Assembly (NCBI GenBank): GCA_907165135.1
Contig: OU015568.1
Location: 15,697,208-15,761,207 of the forward strand
Direction: 5' to 3'
DNA from: Oikopleura dioica
Taxonomy: Eukaryota > Animalia > Chordata
Length of the DNA: 64,000 nt
The translations under genes and the position numbers were made by a program. Every line of letters begins with the position of its first letter. The stretch's first letter is position 1. This document shows positions 1 through 14,028 of the stretch, one piece after another. The notes beneath the pieces were generated by a model, which made no database searches, was not told where the DNA came from, and saw only the letters and a list, made by a program, of their open reading frames with translations.

Positions 1-249
1 AGGTAACAACAATCAATTTGAGAGCCAAACTCATCGATTTCATTCAGCGTCTCCAAAGTACTGGCTACGAAAACCCAACTTATCGATTCTTCGAAGCTCG
101 CCAGTGACATTTTTGATCATCGAACTTGTAAAACTATCAACTTCTTACAACTTTTTCCCAAAGGAAATTTATCTTCTCCCAATGATTTTAATATTATATA
201 AAAGAAGTCCCCAATGCGCTCTGTACAACCGACATCATTATTTTACTTT

Positions 250-1634
250 TTAATAAACACATGGAACATACTTATGAATCAAGCAGTCATTTGGTACTCT
301 TCCTTGATTTTCTTTGAACAATTTATTGGGATGAGGGCAGAATAAGATTGTTGAGAGTCAGAACTCTGCTTCAGAAGGATTCAATTAAACGGTAAATATG
401 AATATTCTGAATGAATTATCTGAATCCGAAACGAGGAACAGCAGAAATTGCACGACGGGATGAAACTTTAACAGACCCTAAGCGTCTACCTTGGGCAGTT
501 TGTGCTCTACTTTGAGGAGGCCTTGCATGTTTCAGGAAGAGATATGACTCATATCATATGAGTCAAAAACGAATGCTCTGTGAGCTGAAACATTCCTTTC
601 TAGTTCCTTGAAGTCGATCTGTATTGGATTAATCGACAGACTCGACTGGCTCCTCGTTAGCTTCTCTTTCAGTGAACTTATTTGTCTTTCTGATGTTAAC
701 AATAATCAAACGCCGTTTAATATAATTATGCCTTGTAAACATTTTCTTTCATATCCAGCGACAAGTAAGGATATCTTCTCATCCTCCGAGCCCTGAAAAC
801 CTGTTCTCGTGTTTCTTCCAGACTGAGCAATTATCTTTTTGTTCGTTTGTGAAACAGCAGAAGCAGTACTAGAGCAAGAAATAATTGCCTTTTATTGTTA
901 TTTCACAAAGTCTTCATACCGCGTCGAATGTGGAGATTGAAGCTGGGCTACTTTTCCTTTCAAAGCAGTGTTTCTCCGCTCCGATGCCGCAAATGACGAC
1001 TGTAGCTTCAGTTGATCTTCTCGTAGACCCGCTGCTTCTGTTTGAAATCTGCTGAGTTCTTTCTTCAAAATCTTAATATTAATTGTTCAAAATTGAAGAC
1101 AACGAAGAGAACACTTACTGAAATCTCATTTTTCAGTTGTTCATTATGTTCTTTTGCTCCTGTATTCAGCATTTCCATCCTGATCTGTTTATTTGAATCC
1201 TAGTAAAACATGAAATACCGCTTAATTATTTCATCTTTTTCGTGAATGATGCTTTCTGCTCGTCGAATATCATCCTTTGAAATATTCAGATCTTTCTCTG
1301 TAAGCAAAAGCTGCCTTGACATCTTCTTTCTTTCTCTGGTGATTCCTTCTGAAGATTTTCTCTCTATATGCAGTGTATTTGTCAGCTCGTTAATTGCGGC
1401 TTTGTGTTCGATGTCCGATTTTTTCAGTTCTTCATTTAGCTCCTAGTAGATAACGCTGATGATAATCGTAACAAAATAAATTAATATTTTTTAGAAGGCT
1501 TCATTTTACCTTGATCAAATTGTCGCGCGATATTATTTTTTCTCCAGTTTATCAATTATCTTCTTAGTCTCTTTCTCCTTCAGCGCTAGAAGATGCTCGT
1601 TTCCTTCGGTTTTTGTGTGCATTAGTTGAATAAC
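250..1634 (-). CDS. Multi-exon coiled-coil protein of unknown function; ends uncertain; apparent 1-nt indel in an A-run near 1536-1541
   Basis: Exons with GT/AG borders translate to heptad-like sequence (ELNEELKKSDIEHKAAINELTNTLHIERKSSEGITRERKKMSRQLLLTEKDL). One extra A restores the frame ...LEKKIISRDNLIK|ELNEE. Confidence 0.45.
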
Positions 1635-2360
1635 CTAAGATTTGGAATAAAAAAATGTCTTTTTATTGGAAGATATGAGACTGGAGATGGATATTCAGGG
1701 TCTTTTTCAAACATTTTTGATGGAAAAAATAATTCAAACAAAACTTTTTCGCTTATCAAAAGACCATCGCCCGCAAGCCTTCCCTCGACAAATACTTGAA
1801 ATGATGATGCTTCGATCGAAATTATGATCTTCAAGCAACGAAAATTTCTGCTAGCAGCGAGGTAGAATTTGAGAATGGAGCAAGACTCAAGGGCCAAATA
1901 CAGATGCCTTTACTTAGCGGATATGGCCGTTTCCTTTGACAATGAAAAGTGTTCCGCGAAAAAGGTGCCAGGTGCTGTCATTTTGGTGTCAGTTCTACCT
2001 TCTCGATAAAGTCTAAGTTCACTATCTCGTGGCACGATAGTCGCCAAGCAAAGTGGGCGGCGCGATCAAAGAGACCACTGCCACAGGTGCGCCTTCCTAT
2101 CCGAGCAGCCACATATCGAAGCTGGTTGTGTGCCCAACCTGCGTGTGCACTGCCGCGTCAGCAGAATTCGGAGCCACACGACGGCGATGTCGGGCACACA
2201 GCCGCGGGTGATCCATTCAAGTTGCCACCGAATCTCAGCTGTGTTGGGTCGACCTCGTCGGTACGGAAACGACACCGACCAACACAGGTGTCTTTTTCAG
2301 AATTATGGAGAAGATTTGACATTATTCTTTGCAAAAATTTTGACCAAAAGGAAAGTCAAG

Positions 2361-2600
2361 ACCCAACCCAACCCAACCCAACCCAACCCAACCCAACCCA
2401 ACCCAACCCAACCCAACCCAACCCAACCCAACCCAACCCAACCCAACCCAACCCAACCCAACCCAACCCAACCCAACCCAACCCAACCCAACCCAACCCA
2501 ACCCAACCCAACCCAACCCAACCCAACCCAACCCAACCCAACCCAACCCAACCCAACCCAACCCAACCCAACCCAACCCAACCCAACCCAACCCAACCCA
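2361..2600. repeat. Perfect (ACCCA)48 pentanucleotide microsatellite, G-rich (TGGGT)n on the minus strand, with a degenerate tail to about 2620
   Basis: Read directly: 24 blocks of ACCCAACCCA. Confidence 0.98.
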
Positions 2601-3278
2601 ACCCCAAACCAAAACCCCTAGCCTACTGAAAATTCGGATTTACGATGTCTATCCACTCAAAATTCCCATTGAATGTTGAAAAATCACGTCTTTGATACAG
2701 GAAGAAATCGAATAGAAGTTAATTTGTGAAATAAAACGAAACTATCGCACCTGGGTCAACTCGGTGATCTTTGCACACATTTTGTACTCAATAGAATCTT
2801 TTGAAAATTGAGGTAGCTGCAACGTAAAATCTTTTTATATGTTAGGCGATCATTTCCCAAGAATTTTCTCTCATCGAGATTTTTCGAGCAGTAAATTGAA
2901 CAGCTGCTTTTTAAGAGCTTAAGAAAGCAATAAAATAAAGTCAAACTCGAAATTTGTGAAATCAACGAGGATTTTTCGCGATTTTCGGCTAACACCTTCC
3001 CTTTCGCATCTTGCATGACGAATGCAATTAGCGTCTTCGTCCTCTCTCTCTCAAAACTGATCGACTTGCTCATTGATGATGATCAAAAAGTTGTCCCCTT
3101 GCTCTCTCACAAAAGAACGTCTCGTCTTCCACCAACGTGTCGAATTATTTTCTCACTTTTGGCGAAATAAACATAATACCAAGTAGCAACTTCCCTCAGC
3201 AGAACGTGTCACTTCCTGAATAATTATTATCACCTAGTGCAAATATCATCGGCTTCTTCAGTGATAGAAGAGGGGAAT

Positions 3279-4132
3279 GGAAGGTGAGTCGGCCACCGAG
3301 ACCAGATTTTTAAAAATGATAACAGCTGGAGCGTTCTCTCAGCACAACGCGGCTTATCAATCATCGCCCAGGGGAGCAAGTGACTGTAATCAGCATAGGA
3401 AATCGGTACGGTGCAGGGCAAAAGGGCCGCATTCGCAAATAATACTCTGTTTTCAATGGAGCCTCCTTTCTCTAATCCTTCGTACCATGATATAATTCTT
3501 CTTCTCCTCCGGTCTTGTATAGTATCACATCAGGGCAACGAGCTCCTAGCGAAAATTTTTGGACTTGGCAAGGAAAAATACGAACTATAATATGTACTAT
3601 TCTCCAAACAAAATCTATAGAACTTCCTTCCTTCTTTCAAATCGCCGTTTACCCAACTTGAGGAAACCCCAACTCATCGGCTCAAGTAAGAGGAGTTTAC
3701 ACCTGGCGGTGGGCACTCCTGCACTCCATCAGCGCGACTCAGCGCCTTCCTCGTCCGAGTATGCGGCTCATCAGATTTCCGGTATTTCAGTAAGTGAAAT
3801 CTTCGGATCTGATCAGAATGGGTATCATTAAAAGGAAATTTCAAGCAACATACAGGTTGGAACACTCGGATCGATAATCCCGGCAGGAAAACGATCGGCT
3901 AGAAAGGTTTATGTTTTTAGAAATGATTTATGAAATATTTTAAATAATTAAGCAATATTCTCAAAATCTATATCATATTTCAAATGTTGAAATATATCAA
4001 GAAATTTCCACATTCGAGTAAGTGTTCTCTTTTGCAGGTAGCATTTGGCATTGTTGGTCTTTGAAGCTCCGAGCTGCTCATGTAGCTGTTATCATTTTTA
4101 AAAATCAGGTCTGGGTGGCCGACTCACCTTCC
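3279..4132. repeat. Inverted pair of about 49-bp near-identical sequences (3279-3327 and 4084-4132), each containing a 42-nt GT-AG intron-like unit
   Basis: GTGAGTCGGCCACC(G/C)AGACC(A/T)GATTTTTAAAAATGATAACAG at 3284-3325 (+) and 4086-4127 (-), with 2 mismatches. Confidence 0.85.
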
Positions 4133-4892
4133 GATACCTCGATAGAAGAAGCTACTCTGTTCCAGTAGCGTGGAAACGAGACAGCTACAATTCTTGATAA
4201 TTATTCCAATCTTGAATTCGGCAAGACATAAGCTTACTCAATTTTCAATCTTATTTTTCTTCTATTTTTGCGATTTTTGACCATTTCAAAAATAAGGGTG
4301 TCACAGCGAAATTCTGAGAGCAATCCAGTTTTTACGGCCTTACATGAAAATACCTGAGATACAGAGCTTAAGCTACAGTAACATTAATTTCAACATCGCT
4401 CCGTATGTTGTGAATGAACATTTGGCGCTTTCAACTTACTAGCCACGTTTTTTGTTCAATTCCAGATGTTGATAATATGGCAAGCGTCCCAGTAGCCACT
4501 AGCTCTCAAGTGAGTCAATGAAGGCCTAACAGCTGAGCCATACGAATTCAGATATCCCAATATGCTCTCGCGATTAACTAGTCATTCTGCCATTTGTCTA
4601 GCTTACAGTAGTTTTGTTATACAGTAGTTGCAAGTACAAGGAAGTGATTTTTGGCGAGGACTTTGTCATGGTCAATATTTGCCTGTTCCCTAAAATACCA
4701 TAACCCTAGATAAAGATCCCAACGCAAACAGTGTCAAATCACACACAGATTGATTAGTAGTAGTGACAGTGCCTTGAAACCGATTCTGGCTACTACAGTA
4801 CAGTAGTTCCGAACACTAGAAAAAATAGAAAGAAAAGAGAGTCATCGACGATGAATTTATTTTGTAGAAAAATTGAGTAAATGAAATGGGAT

Positions 4893-5677
4893 CAGATGGT
4901 TTCAAAGAAGTTTCTTCTCAGGCGATGATTTGAGTTCCATAGGCGGCAAAGTTCTCGCTGAAGTTCTCGCAGTCGAGAGAGATCGAATCGAGGTTGTGGA
5001 GAGCGCGGAGGTCGGAGAAGGAAGTCGACCATTTCTTCGAGAGACAAAAGTCGTCGGGAGTGCAGATCTGTATTTGAGAAGCGCTGCCGACTCGCTCGAG
5101 CTTGTTGACGGGCTTTTTGAAGTTTGGATCGTTGCGAGTGTCGTTTTCGTCGATGTCAGCGTTGCTAAAGAATCAATGACTATGAAATTTCAAGGGAGCT
5201 TACAGTGGTGCATTTTCGTCAAATCCCTTGAAGCTAATGTGGGCTTGGCTCGTGTGGAGTCGTCTATCGTTTGGATTGGAAACCTAAATCGAGAAACTCC
5301 TCTTTAGCTTTTTTGAAAAGACTTACCGGGACGGAGAATCTTCGTCGTACTTCTGGGTCGTACTCGAGATCGGAGCCCTTGGCGTTCGAAGTTGAGCCTC
5401 GTCGAATAATGCCTCTAAAAATAAATTTTATTTGGTGCTTTCTACCTACTTGGTATTTTGGGTCCATCTTTTTTATTGAGAATCGCACAAAATAAGGAAG
5501 CAATTTGAACACACTACCTTGACAAATCCTTCATTCTGTCAATAAGCGAGAATCGACGACCTGTTTTAGCTCTTAAAAATCTTATTCTATTATCGTTATT
5601 TTGTTCTTTTGAGCGATTCCTTCGAGTTGTTCTGGCTTTGGCGCCTTAGGAGCACTCTTTCGCCTTCCGAAAACCAT
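4893..5677 (-). CDS. Small multi-exon basic, Ser/Thr/Arg-rich protein of unknown function
   Basis: ATG at 5677 (MVFGRRKSAPKAPKPEQLE). Short exons are separated by small introns, one with a probable GA donor. TCTAGA lies at 5750-5755 upstream. The 3' end is approximate. Confidence 0.45.
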
Positions 5678-8600
5678 CTTGTTGAGAAGCCTTGACGAAC
5701 TTCAAAACTAAATATTTCACGCAAAAACTCTGGTCAACAACAGCCGTGTTCTAGAACCAAACAATTAAAAGTACTTTAATCCGAAAACGGATCGACCGTT
5801 ATACGCAGCACACGGAGTAATCATATTTGAGCGTTTTTAGTTATCTGCAAGTCCAGATTTTCGTATTTGTAAAATCTGGCCCCGTCGCGTTTTTTTGCAC
5901 ATGATGCTATCATAAGCCGTGCCAGAAGGGGGAAGGAAAAGGACTCTCGAACGCGGCTGTCGCAACTCAGCTTTGTGTGCCCAAGGAGCCTTCGGGCGCA
6001 CTGTTCCGTCAGTATGCTCGGTGGAAATGATTGCCAGTCGCATTTACGGCTCTTCAATGTATCAATTTTAAGCTGCGTTTCTTTTCATCCGTTGCTAGCA
6101 ACTACAGAAGCCGAGCAAGTTCTCTTTTTGAAGCAAGAACTATTAGTAGCGCAATCAATTGTAATTAAAAACTGCCGACGCCAGTGGGCCATAAAAACGC
6201 CTTTTCAAGCAGGTGTTGGACAACTACTCGAAGACTAGGAGGATTTCCAAAGGTGCTAAGCACCTCAAGTGGGCGCTATTTAGCTGGAATCCCTTTCAAA
6301 GCTGACCACCTGAGCCAACGAACGAATTCTTCTAGAAAAAATAAGAAGGATCAGTTGTCCTTCAATCTTTCATCCTTCTCAGTGTTGAATTAAGGGACCC
6401 CGCCCCCAATTTCCCGATGTTTTCATGACGATTATGACGATGTTCTCTATATTTATCTGATAATTGTTGACGGATGAAAAAGCAGATAGCCATCGTGAGC
6501 TTTCCCCTTCACAAATAGGCGCAGTGAGATAGTTCCAGCTGGCCGGCTCAGCTTCCTAATTATTCCGCAAAAGTGGAAGCCTTTTGTCGCGGGAGGACTC
6601 TGAACAAAATCCTGCGGAAAATTGCCTCTTGATCGCACCGCTCAGAAGCTTAAAAACTCTTCAATCGTCAATCTTCAATCTTTCATGTGGAAAATTTAGA
6701 ATTGACAAATTCTAAATTTTATGCAATTTAAGGTCAATTTTAGTCAAGATTTTTTGAAAATCAAATATATATATATATTCTATTTTCTTTCGCAAATTTA
6801 ATACGCAGGTCGTAACCCCGCTGCAATTGTGGCCACTTTCGGCGTTATTCATCTTGAAATGCACCTGTTGCAGGGTTCGCCTCGCACCAAGCCCGGACAG
6901 GTGCGAGCTTCTCCTCCTCCACCAACACCGCCGAAACAAAACCTGAGCCGAAGGAATGCGCAGATGACTAGCGACTGAGTCCTTGATTGTAAATTTGTAA
7001 TTATCGAATTACTGCTTTATCAGTACTTCAAAAATACTGATAATTTTCTCGCATCAAGCAAAAAGCACCGCCACTCCTGCAATTACCCCCTTCTGCTATG
7101 CAACCCCTGCGCATAAAGTTGTTTGCGCCCGGTGCGTTTAAAAGTGCTTTGGATCAAAAGTTGCCACTTTCCGCTGACTCTATTTGAATGTGCTCCCTGA
7201 GAGTCGCTTTGATGCTCCGCCGCGGAAGTGATTTTTCATTGAGTTTACTCAGCTGGGCGGCCTAGAAAAGCTCGCCTTACTTTTAATTGATTGTGCTGGA
7301 TTAATAAATCGGGATTATTTTAAGCCTGGAAGGAATAATTGATCGATTATGTTGTAAAGAGCGGCAAAAAATATGATTATTTTACATTGCTAAGCAATTA
7401 TTTTATCATTTAACAAAGCCCAAAGCCTCAAAAGTTCCATAATTGAGTATGATAGCGGCAGATGTGAACTTTTTGTTCAGAGACCGTTGAAAAAAGTGCT
7501 TTATATCTACATTCGTACCAAGATATCGGCAAAAGAAAGAGATTGTCACCTTGAAAATTGAATGAATTTATGACTAATGATTTTTGGGGGATTCTTTGCC
7601 ACCTGAGTCGTATATTATACCCTTGCCACCTTCTGTACAACGGAACCTGGTTAAATATGCTGGTCGGCTCGGGCTTTCCACCATCTTTCAGCTTGTCCTC
7701 AATCTGACCCTTATCTGTATTTGCTAAGCACCTGCACTCTGTATCCAAATTGTGGATCAGGGAAAGACTCAAACTCAAGTTGGTCGATAAATTAGAATTA
7801 TTAAATGAATAAAAATTTATTCGCAAAGTGGGAAGAAAATTTCGTGCTTTGAAAACATGAGATATTCCATCGTTGGCTCTCAAATTCTACTCGTCGGGCG
7901 CTGGCAGTCAGCTGGGAAGGATCAATGTGGCCCAGGCGCAGCTGGAGACAGATCAATCCCCAAGCTTTCCCTTGATACCACGCTGGGCTTTTCCATTTCA
8001 CAAATTTGGTCAAACAAAGGGGAAACCCCGTCGAGAGCCTATCAAATCAGACAGCGTGTAGATTGCTGCAATACCCAAAGTACATTTCCGTAGTGCTCTA
8101 ATCCCGTATTTGATCGAGATTTTAGGGGTAGATTAGTGTCAGAGCGTAGTCAAAACTACTGTTCTTGTTTACTGGAAAGATTACAAGCACTAGAACTCAA
8201 ACTTCTAAAAACAAGACAGCTTGGAAACGAAGGAGAAGCTCGTTGCTTAGCCATTATCAGTCCAAAGCAAAATAGAAATAAGCATACTATCTATAAATAG
8301 GTGTTGAGTATTCGCTTTGGCGCGGGCTCATCCCATTTTGTGCCTTCTGCGGAGTGAATCAACGCGGCCGTGCTGCTGTGTGATGAACAATCTGGTGCTC
8401 GACAGTTGGCGCGCGCCGAGATTAGCAGAAGTCAGAGTAGTAAACTAACAGTTTAGCTACTGCTGAGCATATTTAGCGCAGACTGACAGTTACCTCCGCA
8501 ATATGGTAATGAGTACTGTACTCGACCCGTGTTTTTGATTCTCATTTCTTTTGACTAAATACTGTTTCAAAGATGTAAATAAGCATGTGATCATGTTTCG

Positions 8601-11420
8601 CTGCTGTTACTACCGGTACTTCGGGACAGCCGTTTTTTCGCCTTCAATTTTCAGCTGCTGGGGCAAGCTGCGTCAGCTGGAGCAGCTCATTTCCAAGACA
8701 GCGGCACCGCGTGGTTACACCACCACCAGCACCAAGAACACCAGCACAACGAGGCCGCCCGGCAGCAGACATCTGCTTCAAAGAGAGTAGTAGTCAAGTG
8801 CCAAGAACTCGTCAGATGGTGCAACTTGCACGAAAACATAACAATAATCTCATTTAAAAGGTGCACAAGCTGCTTTGCCCGTACTTGATATGAAATTATG
8901 ATCAATATAAATACCACGATGATCCGCGAAAAACACGAGAATTCGGAGATTGAAAGTTTCCTCATCTTGTCGATACAGGAGTGGAGATCAAGCACTGCCC
9001 GCAGGGAACAGGAAACGACTTTCCAGCTGAGTTCGAGGCATTGACCTTTGGGCACACTCGCAACCTGTCTAAACAGAGCGCTCCTTTGTGGCACAACCTG
9101 TTTGCACACATGGACCGTTGTCTCATTCAGCCACTCGCCTCGGGCCCGTCTCTCTCCCAGAGCAGGTCTCTATCTCTGTCCAAGTGGCCCAGATGGCCTT
9201 TCTATCCCCCTTCCTCTACGCACTTGAGCGCTCTTTCACCTTTTTGCCAAAACGCAGTCATAACCAAACAGGTGACTCGCTTCGAGAGCCCTTCGAAAAT
9301 GTCGTCTTTGCCACAAGTAACTCCCAGGGAGACGCTAAGACGCTTGTTTATTCAATCTGATTTTCTGTTAAATTTCTCGTGGCACCTACCTTTTTTCTAT
9401 CATATTTACAAGTTGATAGCACCTCAGTAAAACATCAAATGGAAAATTGAGAAAGGAAAATAGCCTTCTTTGGCGAGAAGCTGAACGAAGCTAAGGGCAT
9501 CACAAGTGTGCCACCTGCGTGTGCAGCTTGCTTTGATCACAATATAACGACTAATTCAATCTTTATCCTTCTCAATAAACGCCAACTCAAGGAATCCTGC
9601 CTAGAATCTCTCAGAAAGGCGAAGTAATTTTGGTGAAAAATGTGAACTAGTGGATCATCTCTTGGATCAAAGAGAATCGGCAGCAATGTTTGTATCAAGA
9701 ATCAGGCACAGGCCGCTCTCTTTCACACATTAGTGTTGGCCTCGGAATAGTTGACACCTTCGACCAGCTGGCACCGCACCTGACTGCGAAGAGCTTCACA
9801 GAGCTAACTTCTCTTGGACTTTGTTTGGCGGGCCAATTTGAACGCTAGGAGTATTGGGATAGATTCTTGGTAGTCTCATTGTGTTCGGTTTTCCCATGTT
9901 GAATCTAATTCTATGTAGATGGATGGCAATTAGGCGATAAATGAATATGAAGGCTGATGGTACTCAATACTCGCTTGGGCTTTTCCAGATGATTTGACAT
10001 ATGTCGGGATTCGGCGCATATTTGTACTCGAATATTTTATTATAATTTAATATTATCTTGGCGCTCCTTTTTTTTTCTTTCTGGTGTTCTGGCGTAATGC
10101 GATTCTGTCAGCTGCTGGAGAGTCGGAGCCGCCGTGCTGTGCAAATATCGCTTATCGAGCACTTGAGCCGGGCTGCTTTAGGCTATTTCCATCGCCCAGC
10201 TGACAGATTAGAGCACCACCAGTGGCTCCAGCCGTGGAGACGGGCCTCGCGCTCTCCCGGAGCAGCACCAACTAACTCATATCTCTCCCAAAAGCGCCTC
10301 GCGTCCAGCTGATCCTACACCTGCTATGACTCCCCGACGCTTTTCAACTTCTTTATATAGATTTAGCAAGAATATTTTATGAATAAATCTATTGTATTAT
10401 CGAGCCATATTCCCTTAGATACAATAAAATTATGAGAATCTATAAAGAAATTATTGAATAAGAGCCTTTAATTTAAACTTTCTTCTCCCCAAGATGTGGT
10501 TTAAAAAGATCGGTAAATTCCAGAGCACCTTAAACACCGAAGAAATTATTTCCAAATTTAGCGAAGCTGTTCAAAATATGAATGGAAACAATCCCCAGGT
10601 GGAGTCTTTGTCATCTGTGTGTATGGCTTTCATGAATAAAAAGCGCACCAGTGACGGCATCTGTAAGGCCGGGACAGCTGTGCCGGCGACGGCGACGCAA
10701 AAACGACTACTTCCGTAGCCATCCAAGCGTCCCTAAAAGATCTGGGCTCCAAAATCGCCTCATGATAAAGCGGCCCCAAAGACTACTGAAAATCGGCATC
10801 AGGGCCAACAACATCTGCGTAATTGGCACCACATTTTTCCTTTTCCGTTTTGGAGAAAACAAAAGCCACTTTGGATATATCATTAAAATAACACGTGCGT
10901 TTCGGCTTCACGAATTCAAAGAAATCGACGATACTCAAAATAAGAATTCCTTAATTTCAAAGTTAAAATACAAGCAATGATCTTTTATCGAGTAAAATTA
11001 ACTATTATCCGCTTTAAACCTTCAAAATATTTATGTCATAGAAATTTAACAACAAATCTAAATTCAATGCGCATTCTTGCCGTTTGGGTCAACCACCGGG
11101 TTCACCAGCTTTCCACCGGCTTTCCACCAGGCCACTTGTCAGTTTTTTTTGGGTCCCGTCGAAGCGAGCTGCGCCTCCCGAGCGCCTGGTGAGCGCGCCA
11201 CAGCGCCCGAAACAGATGCTCTCCTCGCGCTCCCGCATCCTGTACATAATAGGAGGAAGTCACCAGCTCCATTCATTATCTAACACTTGTTTGGAATAAC
11301 AAGTCGAAGAAAAAAAAAATTGTTTTCAATTTTTGCTACCAAGAAAAATTCGCCGCCACTTTTCTAGAAATCAACGAGAACTGAAAGAAGAAGAACATAA
11401 GAGATTTTCGAGAAGAACCG

Positions 11421-13178
11421 ATGAGCTTGTGTGTAATGAACCAGCCGCAACCTATGGATCTGGCTCCGGCGACACCAGTTTCCAGGAAACGCAAGAGAAA
11501 GCCCTCGATCACTCGCCGCAGGCCACAAGAGCCCGAAGATTCCCCCGCTAGCTCCGAGAACGATCACGATTCAACCTTCTCCTCTCCCGCCAAATGCGTC
11601 AAACTCGAGCCCGCTTCTCCCGAGTCCCCCAAGAGCGACGACCAGCTCTCATCTCCAGAACAAGCTCGTCTCCCTCACAACAACGGTAAGCGAAAGCACA
11701 AATCCCCCCTTGGCAGTTCCTCTCCCCTTGAATCCTAAAAACACGAGAAACGTTTGGGCACGCACCTGAGCAAATAGAATCACTTCAAAACTTTGTCGCG
11801 GCTTTCTCTTTAGAGTTGAAAGGCTGCTTTCAAAGCTCGCCTGTTCAGCTGTTCGAGAATTTTTTCTCGAAGGGATGGGACCTTCTTTCAAGCCACCTTT
11901 TGATAATTAGACAAACTGACATTCCACTGCATCGAGTGTTTTCAACGACATTGCCGTTTATACTGCCCGTAAAAAATCTTTCGATGAAAAGACACCCGCC
12001 AGCTGATAGCTTTTTCTTTCTCAGCGACAACAACATTTTTTTCCTTTCGGGAAGGGCCAGCTGCTCGGTGGGAGGGTCTGACGTCTCGAAAGTTGTAAAA
12101 CTCATTGAGGCTCGATTTTAATATCAATTTTTTATCCCTGGCACCTGGCAGCGGGGGCCCACAGTTTTACGGCTGATGATAGGGACTTATCAAGCTGCCG
12201 CGCTACCTCCAATAGTGTCGGTATTAAAACTCTTTTCCCCCGCTTTGATCTCCGCTTCCACAGTATTCTGCCAATGTCATCCATCAGCAGGGTGTCAACT
12301 ACACCCACAAGGCTGCCAGTAAGTGGGCCTTGTGCTCCTTTGTGCGCAAAGCCCTTCCCAGCTAATTATGCTGCGCCCAGCTGGGCTCAGCCGCCCCTGT
12401 TTTCACCCATTTTCCATCTGGGCCCGATACAACAATAGACTTCGGATCACAAGCTCGCTAAAAATACATATATAATTTGCCGATTAGCCGTTTTTATCCC
12501 AAATTAATTGGCCATTTAACTACTCTTCAACCCCTTATAATCAACGATAAACTGACTCTAGCTGATCTTTTAGAAGCGCAAGAAATCGAAGTCGTCAAAA
12601 TCGAAAAAGCATCAGATGACGAAGATGAGGACATTCCAATGATCATCCGCAACCAGGCCAAGTCCCTGCAGCGTGCACGTGCTGCGGCTGCTGCTGCCGC
12701 CGCTGCGACTACCTTGTCCACAACGTCGACATCTTTTCAACACAGCCAGATGGCCCCGTCGCCCTCATCTGCGATCTCATCTGCTCCCAGCGCCGCGTCG
12801 ACATCGCCCGCGCCAGAAGCACGAAAGAAAACTCCCTCGAAGGCCGACTCCGAAGATGGCGGCTCCGTCAACGGCAAGAACTACAAAAACATGAGCCGAG
12901 AGCGGCGATTGATTGCGAATGCTCGGGAACGCACACGGGTGCACACGATTTCTACTGCTTTCGACGCGTTGCGCCAGGCGATTCCGACTTATTCCTACAA
13001 CCAGAAGCTGTCAAAACTGGCCATTCTTCGCATCGCCAGCACTTACATCAAGTCCCTCACCGCTCTTACCGGAGACACCGAGCACGGCAGCTTTGGACAG
13101 TGCGTTCAGGAGTGCACCAAGACTCTGCAGATGGAATGCCGCGCGCGATCCCGAAGAAAGGGCCGTGGAAAGGACTAA
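11421..13178 (+). CDS. ATOH8: Atonal-family bHLH transcription factor ATOH8/Net; exons 11421-11685 and 12574-13178
   Basis: The bHLH RRLIANARERTRVHTISTAFDALRQAIPTYSYNQKLSKLAILRIASTYIKSL is characteristic of ATOH8/net. A phase-1 GT-AG intron at 11686-12573 joins the two ORFs in frame. Confidence 0.9.
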
Positions 13179-14028
13179 ATCTTCCTCCAATAATTATCTT
13201 TATTATCTATTCTATACCTGCTAACGTTGCAACATTGCTTCATCACTCACATGACTACCTGGTACCTGAAACTTAGTTCAAACATCACTTCAAAAAAGGT
13301 CAAAATTTTCCACTTAGAATTGTAAAAAAATTTATCATCCAGCTTTTGAATCTGTTCATTTTTTTGTCCATTTACGCTCTTTTTTCTGTTTCACCAAAAA
13401 CAAACACGCAGATTTATTAAGATTATTTCATCAAAATTCGCTTTCTTTGACAATTATTATATTCGGCTGCAGTTTCGCTGAGACACAGTATTTTAATAAA
13501 AAATTGAAACAACGGAAGCTAGCGACTTGAGAGTTCTTTGCAGGATTACAATTTTGATAAACGTTTAGTCGAACTGATATTAGCTCTAACGAAGCATGTA
13601 TAAATGATCAATTATCAGTTATCTGAGGGATGGCTTCTGAGTGTTTTCGGGCAAAATTAGGGGCTTCAAATCGATTTTGAAAAGACGGTGGTGCGAGTTT
13701 GAGCATCTGCCAGCTGTGGCGTCAAATACAGCCGAAATATGGAGCTCACAGTATGGATGCTTCAGATGGAGCGCTTTTGTCAAGGAGCCTCTCTTCTTTA
13801 TGACGCAATCACAGGACTTGGTTCCTTGAGAATTTCTCAAAACTCAGATGTCCTTTTATATAATATCCCAATCGCCGCTTGAGTAATATTCAAATTTTTA
13901 TACAAAATAAGAAACAAAGACAGCTGTTGTAGTTACTAATATGCATTTTCGCTGGAAAAAGGGTTGAAGAAGGTAGTAAGTGCGCCGCACCTGCAGCTGT
14001 TGCTCCCCTACACTTTGAGGAATATAAA

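Noticed and set aside
1949-2629. ORFs with PTQPN or GWVGL repeats
   Set aside because: They are translations of the stop-free ACCCA microsatellite in several frames.
8327-8340. CTCATCCCATTTTG, resembling the start of the Oikopleura spliced leader as I recall it
   Set aside because: Only about 13 nt match. The rest of the leader and its donor site are absent.
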